DNA of 64,000 nt from Lytechinus pictus (Eukaryota): assembly GCF_037042905.1 (NCBI RefSeq), contig NC_087251.1, forward strand, positions 9,674,001 through 9,738,000. Reading direction: 5' to 3'. This document shows, in pieces, positions 53,674 to 64,000 of the stretch; positions within the stretch are counted from its first letter, which is position 1, and the number at the start of each line of letters is the position of its first letter. The position numbers and the translations under genes were made by a program. The notes under the pieces are model-generated. The model had not been told where the DNA came from, ran no database searches, and was given only the letters and a program-made list of their open reading frames with translations.

Positions 53674-56229
53674 AAAATGACAAAAAAAAAATTTAAAGTG
53701 GTATGATCAGACCAGTGTTTTTACCATTATTTGTAAAAATGAAAAATTCTCACGATGGCCCCCATTTTGGATTTATGCAAAAACTAGATGTCTTTCCACA
53801 ACATGGATTTTTCTGGACTCTTAGTATGCCATTTTGGAGACTTCATGGAAATGCATCGTGCTGAAATAAATTGTATTGTATTTTTTTTCACGAGAGGCCT
53901 GTAACCACTGATGCTAAGTATCAATATTGTAATATGTTAAGGTAATTGACCTTTTCCATTGCTCCAGGGTCAAAGGTCAACATTTATAATACACAAAATT
54001 CTTTCCAGAATATCAGGTTACCTTGAAATTCAATATTGAATAATAATTGTGTGTGCATTTTTATTATATTTATCATGAGCTAATGATGCAAAACATTAAT
54101 TTTCTGATATTTTGAGGTTGTTGACCTTGAGGTCATTGACCTCTAGAGGTCACAGAGGCCAAATCTGACTTGCATCCCAATTTTAAGACAAAGCCTATGG
54201 TAAGATATAACACTGGTGAAAGGTAAATGCTTTAATCATAACTTTTCAAAGTGCTATGATCAGACAAGTGTTTGTACTACTATAAGTAAACATTACTGAA
54301 AATTCTTGCGATGGCCGCCATTTTGGATTTATGCAAATAAGACGTCTTTCCACTACATGGATTTTAAAAACACTTTTAGTATGAAATTTTGGGGACCTCA
54401 AGGAAATGCATTGCAGTACAAAAATTATTGTGCAATTTGTTTGAGGTTGACCCCCTAAATCAGTATTTTTTCCTGGACTTTAAAGCTAACAAATTTTTCA
54501 CAAATTTGGAATGAAATGTGGTTGCGTTTATTTTGATACACACTGTACAGCATGATATAGCCAGCGGGCGTGACTTTGACAGCCCCCTGAGAGGGGTAGG
54601 CATTAATGTACCAGCCTTTTTATGTAGCTGATAAAGAAAAGCCTAATCTTAACTAAGTGGTTAAAAAGCGCAGATAAATGCATACAATCTTTCACTACTG
54701 TACTGTACACGTTATACATATTAGTCTACGAAAATGCATACAAAAACGACATTTGTAAAATTTGAATATTCAACTTTGATACCTTATAAATTTGTTAAAA
54801 AGAATGACACCAATTTAGAATTGCATCCACATGATAATAGTATATCAATAAAGTTTTCTAAAACATTTCAAGGTAATTGCTTAATTTTTCTCAAATTTAT
54901 GTAAAATCATGTATTTCCAAAATTTTCAATTTTTGGGAAAAAATGACAAAAATGCAGTTTTCTACTAAAAAATCTCAGCCAAATTATCTTTTTATCCCCT
55001 ATAAATAGTACCAAATTGTAGGAAATTTATTTCTCTTTCATATGACACTAATTTTGTGGCAATTACATGTTCATGTCAAAATCTATGTACGAAAATTCAA
55101 ATTTTTTGAAAATTTGGCGGCCATTTTGGATTTATGCAAATTAGACGTCTTTCCACTACTGGGATTTTTCTGGACTTTTAGTATGTCATTTTGGGGACTT
55201 CAGGGAAATGCATTGTGGTAAAAAAAATTCTATTGCAATTTGTTTGCGGTTGACCCCCAAAATCAGTTATTTTTCCTGGACTTAAATAAGAAAGTACAGC
55301 AATAAGTGACTTGTTTATGGATTAATAGTAATAAACAAACCTCTTCACGAGAATTCAGTGTGGAAATCTTAAAGTGTAATACACTTGCCATGTTTTTCTT
55401 TCAAAAACTCCTAACATGGCAAAGGATTTATACATTACGATCACATTGATTTCATTGGCATCACGATAATTTGTGCAAATCTGGGTGTAATAAATATGGT
55501 CAAAAGCTTCTATACTATGAAAAAGGATATAATATTCGACCATTTTAAGCTTTTATTATAAAAGACACCCCTCAAAGTAACGCGGAAAGAACTTGCTACT
55601 CTATAATGTTTTGAACGTATAATCTTTAACAAGAACATGAAGAATGAAATTCATGATACATGCCGTCAAATCAGCAACCAAATATGAATACACAAGCCTT
55701 ATAAAAAGATATGAGAGGGTCTTCGGGACCTATATAGACCATGAAGAACCTGGTCATAAAAACACTATATATAACCTGTAGAGTCCCCGTGATACTGCAT
55801 CTGTTCAAATTTGACTATTATGGAGCATGGCCCTGGGAAGCGGGGTGCTTGGGGTGCTGCATACATTATACATCGTCAGCAGTACCCCCCTGGAAATCAG
55901 GTTATGGTAAAATGTAGAAATGTGACCAAAATCACCTAATTTTGAAGAGCAAGCCGTAGTTTCCCCTGTTTGCTTGTCAATTTTTGTTCTCACCAAAATC
56001 CCCCTATTTTGAAAACTCTTCTTCTTTTTTTGTGCTTGAATTGTTTTTTCAAACCATCACTAGTAGGCCTATACCTCTTCAAAAAATCGTTCCCAGGCCA
56101 AGATATAATTATGGATACTGTTTTGCAACCATAGTATTGAAAATATACGAAATACCCCATTTGAAAACCATTGATATTTTTTCATTGATAACCCCGCTAC
56201 CCTCTCATCTCCTCCCCCTCCCCTCCCCA

Positions 56230-57074
56230 CAGAGGCGTCGATCCTGGGGGGGGCAGGGGGGGGGGCGATCGCCCCACCAATGAAAATATTGGGGGGGGGG
56301 CAAACATATCATTTTGCCCCCCCAATAATTCCGGATATACAAAAAAAAAACAAGATTGTAATGTTCAGCAAGCGAGATTGAGATACACAACTCGTTCTTT
56401 ATTTAAAATCGTGCTCAAATTCAGATTGAAAAATAACATTTTTTAGCTCGCGCTTCGCGCTCGCATCATTTATGTAGTAAAAACCCATACTTTTCATGAT
56501 TGAATAGGTGAATGTAAATGTCCCATTTTCAGTTTTAAGCTTCAATAGAACTCCTGCTTCGATTTGCAATCATCTTTTCTTGGATATATATCTTGTTCTT
56601 TATCAAAAACTTCCATTAAACTGTCATTTTTTTCAGATCGAAATATCAAAATTATCAGCTCGCGCTTCGCGCTCGCATCTATTCTTCTTTTAGATACCAA
56701 TCTTAATCATTAGTACCAAAAATGCTTAGAATATCAAGCTTTCAGGTCAGAATATAAAGAAATTTCAGCTCACTTTCGGCACTCGTACTATGTGTGTAGT
56801 GAGATATGTATCCTTATGAGTTACAAACAGCCCTAACTAAACAGGCACGCTTTTCCTGTCAGTATGCTAAAAAAAAAATCAGCTCGCGCTTCGCGCCCGC
56901 ATTAATTTGTTGGTGAGATACGTGTCTGTGTCTCATGAGTCATATATATATATATATAGATATATGTGTGTGTGTGGGGGGGGGGTGTGGATGGGTGTCT
57001 TATACGATCGAGCGCCTTTGGAACGTTAATGATTTTGCCCCCCCCCCAATCTGAAAAATGGATCGACGCCCCTG
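56230..57074. mobile_element. hAT-type MITE with 8-bp TSD
   Basis: CCTCCCCA|CAGAGGCGTCGATCC...GGATCGACGCCCCTG|CCTCCCCA, with internal repeats of GCTCGCGCTTCGCGCTCGC. Confidence 0.88.
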
Positions 57075-58096
57075 CCTCCCCATCTATCTCTCGTTCGCTC
57101 TTCCCCCCCCCCCCCCCACTCTCTCTCTCTCTCTCTCTTCCCCGACTTTTCTCCGTCTCTCGATCGCTCTTGTAAGAGTGGAAATGTAAGTGTAAAGATA
57201 TTGACGTGTGAGAAGTAAATTCCATGACAATGTAGAAAACAAAAATTTATCATAGAAAGCCTTTTTTAAGAAACATAAGGGGGCGCAATCACCCCCACCA
57301 CCACCACACCACCACCAAAGTACGCCCAAGGAGGTTTCAAATGAGATGGAGTAACAGCAAATAAAATCTCTTTGAACAAGGTTAAGAACCACCAGCAGAA
57401 AGTATGTCAGGCATGCACTTTGCTCAACATCTCTTGCAAATATCTTGCTTTCTGTAATGTGTAGAACCTCGAGTGCAATATTTAATCTTACTATTATGTT
57501 CTTATTATATTTTGTTAATTCGTAGGTATATAATTTAATGTATTTTTCCTTTTTTCTATTAACTTTGTATGTGTCAGTCTTCGGACTGTTTTACAATGTC
57601 TTTCATAATAAACCGAATTGGATTGAATTGAATTGAAAATGATTCCCGCATGACTCCGCAGCTATAGGTCATAGGGAAATATGCTTTTGCGATGATAATT
57701 ACTTTTTCGCCGCATCTTGGTCTGGTTATATGTGTCGTACATAATTCGGAGGCATGCGAAAATAAACTATGCAATATGTCCTGAAATATGACTCAAATTT
57801 GCTCGACTGCATGGGCATGAGCGGGCACTCATCTGGCATATACAGTAATGAATAACAATATTCCACCGACCACATTTGAAATGTTCATTCGCCGCAAACG
57901 ATCGGAAAAGTGTTAAAATCTGGTTTCAGTAAAGGTCAAATTCTTTCTTTTTTCACTAATTAAAGGTTAATTGATATAATATGGGCAAATATCTCGTCGT
58001 AATAGTGCTTGGTTATTGATGTTTTGTCATGCATTCAAACTTCAGTTTGTTTAATAATATGAAACATGAAAAATTGATACAAATGAATATTCGTAC

Positions 58097-58313
58097 ACAG
58101 TAATAAAAATTATCCAACGCTGTTTACTATATGAACCTTACAGTAATTGTTTAAACAGTCTAAACAAGTGTTTAAATCTTAAGCAAGAAAGTTTAATTTT
58201 CAATATCTAATCTTCAATAAATTAAACATGGTTGTTTAAACGGTTAAACAAATACTGTAAGGTTCACATAGTAAACAGCGTTGTATAAAATCTTAAACCG
58301 TGTTTTTAATGTG
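58097..58313. mobile_element. Palindromic MITE
   Basis: AACGCTGTTTACTATATGAACCTTACAGTA / TACTGTAAGGTTCACATAGTAAACAGCGTT. Confidence 0.7.
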
Positions 58314-59272
58314 TAAAATTTCCACCCCTCGGATTTCTTCATTGAAACTGGCGGCTTCGAAGGCGGACATCAAAAAGGTCCTTATTGTCGTTCTTTCTTT
58401 TGTGCTTCTTTAGAAATGAACAGCTGCTTGAATAAATTTGTTGCCTGTTGGAACTCCAGTCATAGAATCTTCTTGGTACGCGATAGCACTCTCCCATAAC
58501 GACTAAAATCAATGAGATCCATGTTCACGGGCGTGGATGTAATTAGCGTAAAATGAGCCAAACGAACGAATCTTGGAATCTTAATTGATTGTTCATCATT
58601 ATCTTCTCGCTTTGACATTATGAGTCCCTTTTCGAATTCGACCTGTCTGCAAACCACAATAAAACGTTCTCTTCATTTACCATTAGATATTACTTTAGTC
58701 ATCTCCAAAGAATGGTTTGTCTGTAAATCATAGTCTTGTGATTGGTTCTTGGGTATAACGGCCAGTCAAATAAACAATCCAGCCGGAGTGATGGTGTTTC
58801 CCCATGACCATCCACGCCTTCAGGAGCATAGTTCATTTTCATTTCAATATGTACTCGATTGACTGACTAATCGTTTCATATAGCCTTCCAATTTCAAGGC
58901 CGGTGCGTATTTCTTCTTGTCTGAAGATGATTGTGAAAGTTAATGGCCATTTTGGAAGAATTCCTTCCATGTATAGGACATACAAAACTTTCGTGTGACA
59001 AAATACTTCATTGGCATCATCGCAGATAATGCTGTTGTAAAATTTCATTTTGGAATTCACATCTTTTTTTTGCTTAGGCATTGAATTTGACAAGAATATT
59101 TCTTTTAATTAATCTAAGAAGGTAATCAGTGAAGCCCAAACTTGTTCTTACCCACCTTGTGATTTCTGTAAACTTCCGATTATAAGCTTTGATATCAAAG
59201 TCTAAAAAACAACCATTGGATTTCAGTTTATGTTTTGCAAATCTATATTGAGCAATTACAGGAAATCACCAA

Positions 59273-61575
59273 ATGGCTGACTGCAAAATGGAGGTCCCGC
59301 TAGACTCCGAGGAAGAGAAGCCCACAGAAGCTTCATCACCAGAAAAATTCAAGGCAGTCCTTGAGAAACCAAAAGCACTTGTCAAGGAGATGACCAATGA
59401 TATCCTGGTGAAGTCATGGCGCACGGTTGTTCAAAGTTTCTGTAAATCTACGACGATGCATGGAGTGAGTCGGTTGATTGAATCAACCAGAGCTATCTTT
59501 CGTTTAGCGTGGTTACTCACCGTGCTTACATTCTTGTGTATTCTGATGTGGCAAGCATACTCTCTCGTCGATGATTACAGAGGAAACCCGGCCACAACCG
59601 CAATCAACATGGTCCCTAACAACAAGCTATCCTTCCCCGCTGTCACTGTCTGCAATATGAACAGGTTGCGTAGATCAAAGCTTGCAGGTACGCGGTTCGA
59701 ACCTCTCTTAGATAGGAAACTGCTTGTGAATTTATTGAATCCTGATGGCCGTGATGAGAGCGACATTGAAGGGGACGACCACGATGCTGAAACATCTCCT
59801 CCATTAACGCCGGTGACAACGACAACGATGGCGTCCACCACTGTATTCGAAGAGGCATCAAATAGCAGCGGTGTTCCTCCACCTGAAGAATTGTCTTCAA
59901 CTCCGGATGAAGGATTGGAGATGTCGACTGAAGACACTACGGTAGTCGTCAAAGTCGACGATCCCGATGTCGGTCGTCAAAAGCGAAGTGTTGACTGGCA
60001 GATTAAAAACAAACATCTATCATCTCTCCGTCGGATGGATGATCTTCATGCCCGCGCCATACCATATATAAATGCACCTGTTGAGAATGATGATTCAAAC
60101 TGGAGCTATCTACTGCAGTTATCCGAATCTGATGATTTTCAAGATTTTATAGGATCCGTGAATCCATCTAAAGAAGAGCTTCGAAAGCTTGGTCATCAAC
60201 CAGAAGAATTTATTCTACAGTGTTCATTTAATCAACACTTCTGTGACTACAGGTAAAGAAAACAATCTTTTTCAAAAGGGAAGACCTACTATTTGGTTGT
60301 TGATCATTTTCAAAAGAGTTTCTTTTTGCAATCTAATATCCTTTTTTATTAGTTCGACTTTCAACATCACATTCGCAAGGTTATAACGGGACTCGATAGA
60401 ACAAATGACTTCATCGAAAAAAAAAGACGAGGCCTTTGGCTATTTTTTTTTTTAATTACCAAAGGCTTTCTTTAGTTCTTTTTCAAAAGTGTTGCTATTT
60501 ATCATCATAATACAATATCTCTCATTTGCTCATAACATCGTAAATTATTTTGGCTTTTTTCGTACTTTTTTCATCAAACATTTTAGGAATTTCACAACGA
60601 CTTTCAATTCGCAGTATGGAAATTGTTTCACCTTCAATCGACCAGCCGAAAACAAGTCTATTTTGGAAACGGGAAAGACTGGCTCCAGATACGGTAACGT
60701 CATGTCAAAAAAATTGGTGCAGCCTTTCTCAAATCTTATTTTAATCATATATTTTTTAACATTATTTAGTGTTGTGTTTGTAAGACTGTGCTAACAGTCA
60801 ACGTCGAGGGCTCAATCCCCTTTATGTACACATGATCACAATATGATCGGACATCTTGGAATAGATTAAATCATCTCAACTTCTAAATTCATTGTATCTA
60901 GTTTTATGTCTCTGAGTTCCTAAATACTACATCTAGCATGTCAGGGGCGATGCTACAGAAAGGAGTAATATAAGGGGAACGATCGACCCCTCATGATATT
61001 TCAAATGGAGAAAAGTGAGAAAAAAGAGAAATGTGCGAAAAGGAAGATATGAGAAGAAAAAGATGACATGGTTGTGTAATTATCATTTCTTTGATACATG
61101 TATAATAGGTCCTACATGTTCTTTATCAAAAAATACTTTTTTCATATATTTTGATTGATAATTTATCTGTTGATGAAATTTTGTGTTATGAGTTGAATTC
61201 TTGCGTTTATTAGTTTTAAGTATTTGTTTTAAGTATTAATTACTACTGCTGCTGATTTTTTAAATGTTGCTGATGTTATTGATTCATTTCAATGATTGTG
61301 ACTATAATTAATCGGGGTCTTTTCAGGGGCTGCTCAATTTAAAAAAATGTCACTAAAACCAACTAAATTTTGATTAGTAATATTATGAACTCTATTATCC
61401 CCTGACGACAGGACTCCACCTTACCCTATTTACGGACCAATCAGAATACATCGGTCTTTTATCCCACCAATCGGGTGTACGAGTGGCTATCCATGAACCT
61501 AACGCACGCCCCTTTCCTGAGGATGAGGGGATCACTGCTTCTACTGGTACTCTCACATCAATTGGTCTCCGACTA
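59273..61575 (+). CDS. DEG/ENaC (ASIC/amiloride-sensitive sodium channel family) subunit; coding exons 59273-60252, 60587-60693, 61412-61575; continues beyond the window
   Basis: FCKSTTMHG (HG motif), TM1 (LAWLLTVLTFLCILMWQAYSLV), FPAVTVCNMN, GHQPEEFILQCSFN, YGNCFTFN, GSRYGLHLTLFTDQSEY, GVRVAIHEPNARPFPEDEG. GT-AG introns with phases 2, 1, 0. Confidence 0.95.
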
Positions 61576-61882
61576 GTGAGTCATTGACTTTATTTTTCAC
61601 TTTACTATTTGTTACAAATCTGATATTTTTGTTTTCATCTTTTACATGCACATTACTTCCAAAGAAATGATAAAAATCTAAACAGTACATTAAAACGTGT
61701 ATTTTAGTTTTTTTTTAAATGATGAAATAAATCTCTTCTCTAAGATGCATTGGTACTTTGAACCACCTTAAAAATGTAGTTATAAACAGTCGTGGTAATA
61801 ACTTTTTAACAAAATATATTTTTCTTTGATTATTTTATTAAGCACCCTGTCATTTTGCTGCAATTTTGTTTTAATTTTTTAA

Positions 61883-62314
61883 AGGTTGCTATTCGAGGCT
61901 GAAAATTATATGATTTGAACAGACAAAGTAGAATCAGACAAACAAAACACTGACATTTTCATCAAAATCGGACAAGAAATTACATTTTTAAGGTTTGCGT
62001 TATTTCGGTGAAACAGTTCTATGCATGTCTCCAAGAATAATGAGCAAACTGATGGTATCATATCCCTGATTATTGTTTTGTATTTTTTTACGAAATTATA
62101 TTGTTCAAACTCTGTCTTCCAAGAATGACAATAATAATTATTTAAATGAAATTATGATAGGTTGGGTCAGGACATCATCAGCCCACGTATTGCGTATTCA
62201 TGACGGCGTTATTGAGTATAATGTCATCTGCTAGTGATGAAAACTTTAGCATTCTGCTCGGTGAATTTTAATATATCTAGATTACAATACTTATTTTCAG
62301 CCTGGAGTACCCTT
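61883..62314. mobile_element. Kolobok-like MITE (TTAA TSD)
   Basis: TTAA|AGGTTGCTATTCGAGGCTGAAA...TTTCAGCCTGGAGTACCCTT|TTAA. Confidence 0.55.
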
Positions 62315-64000
62315 TTAATATATTTGGGGTGTAGATAATTAATGCTCGGTAATTAGGAGATTTTTAGGGAGGGGTGATAAATTAGAAAATGTGTCCCTAA
62401 AATATGTTCTATAAGTACTTAGCATTGGATGGAGTTATTTGGCTGCGATTGATTGATTATCTTGTCAAGGACCTGTCACACGCCGTTTGTCTGCGTCTAA
62501 CAGTTTTTACCACACGGCTGCAAATTCATTTTAAACATGTCGTTTGTTAAACTTTACAAATTCATATATTCAAGGACATATTTTTCATTACACCAAAAAC
62601 TTATCACATGTTGTTATTCATTTTTGCCTTGTTCAATGTTTGAAATCAAGAATGTGTAAAGAAATAATATTGTGCTTTTATTATATATTCCATTATTCTT
62701 CATAAGAAAATAAAATAATGATTATAATACAGAGGATAAGATTATCACAAACATTTTATTCCAATTTCTCTATAATCATTAGCATTACGAGAATGTCTGA
62801 TGATAGAATCCCCCGGTAGAATCCTTATCGCTACATCTACATCTACTCTAGATAAGAGACATGATTGTGATGAAATTGTGTAGTGGCCTACTCAATGGGA
62901 ATACTTTTAATACTCATTTCATGGCATGTTCATTTATGTAAATTCTTGAACAATGTTTAATAATATCTGTTTTTTTATCTGTACAATTTGTGCTATACTT
63001 TTTTCGGTATATATTGTTCCTTTTGACACACCATGCAAACATAAAATAGATATTTTAATTGATAAGTCTTATCCTCGTGACATAAACTGCTAACGTTGTT
63101 TTAGAAATAGTCCTTTTTCATCATTGCTTTGCAAAAATAAGTCTAGCAACCTGCCCCCCCCCCACCGCTTCACAGAAATTTGATTCCCCCCCCCCCCCAC
63201 ACACACCTTGCCAGAAAATTGTTGGCGGGAAACATAGAGGCATATTCTATTTGACCTCATTGGATATGACGGGAAATTGCTTCTATAAGTGGTAGTGACC
63301 CTTTTTTGGGGGGAGGGAGGCGCTTGTCAGAAACTTTGCCCCCTCCTGACGAGGTTTCCCAGGTATCCCAAATCTTCAGATGGGTAGTCTGTCAGTTAGA
63401 TGGCTGTATTCTCTACCAAGGTGAATATAGCATCGAATGGAAATGTACCCTCTACTGATGCCCCTCATACTCAACTTGATTGGATTTATCTGATGAAGTG
63501 CATGATTTGTAGGTAGAACCTATCTTTAAATGGATCTGGTTTTATTTCCGCTTGGAACAGGGACGTGACTCTCATCAATTAAATCACAAATGACTCCACT
63601 CCCAAACTATACCCAGACTTCTCATCAAAATTATGACTCAATTATTCGGGGGAGTCCATAAATCTAAATTATTAAAAATCACTTGACAACGAGCCATAAA
63701 CAAGTTTAGATGAGAAATCAAAATTTCATCTTTGCATCATTTTGATAGGAACTAATTTCTTTTCTCATTTACATCTTACTTCCATATCTTCGACAAGTTT
63801 GGCTATATGCACTACTTATTTTGTAACTATACGCTCCTTATCCTGAGCTTTTAAAAGGTGCCTTCATAAATTTCCTTTATGTTCTTGGTACCCACTCCTT
63901 TTTAAAGACACCCCGACGCCCCTCCTTGAGATGATTAACAAAGAAAGGTTTCACATTTTTAAATCAAATACACTTGTATTATAATTGTATTTCATCCTAA

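Larger units (their letters stand above)
49022..54481. mobile_element. Large foldback element whose arms are ~545-bp tandem repeats
   Basis: TAGTCCAGGAAAAA...TTTTTCCTGGACTT. Direct units at ~49085, 49627, 50172, 50715 and inverted units at ~53390-54410. An extra copy of the terminus lies at ~55113-55282. Confidence 0.85.

Noticed and set aside
58320..59093. Coding-looking minus-strand stretch upstream of the channel gene
   Set aside because: Interrupted by stops, with no motif I can identify; possibly a decayed TE ORF but unsupported.
59575..59952. Antisense ORFs over the DEG/ENaC exon
   Set aside because: Shadow frames of a real coding exon.

Overview
AT-rich, intron-containing eukaryotic DNA. 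Its repeat content suggests an invertebrate deuterostome, probably a sea urchin (inference). Four protein-coding loci were reconstructed by hand from splice sites and reading-frame phase. (1) First coding exon of a NEK9-like kinase (- strand, 626-781; the gene continues off the left edge). (2) An unrecognised secreted, probably alpha-helical protein of ~166 aa with a 15-nt microexon (+, 3369-11591). (3) A complete arginase with 8 coding exons (-, 31357-19548, 378 aa); it has a mitochondrial-type presequence, a second in-frame ATG and an overlapping uORF. (4) The first three coding exons of a DEG/ENaC (ASIC-like) channel (+, from 59273; continues off the right edge). The rest is mostly non-autonomous transposons: several kb-scale foldback elements, multi-level nested insertions with readable TIRs/TSDs, MITEs, tRNA-derived SINEs, HINE-like elements, LINE fragments, a (TA)n-embedded dispersed element and a minimal hammerhead-like motif. 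Most ORFs in the supplied track are spurious.
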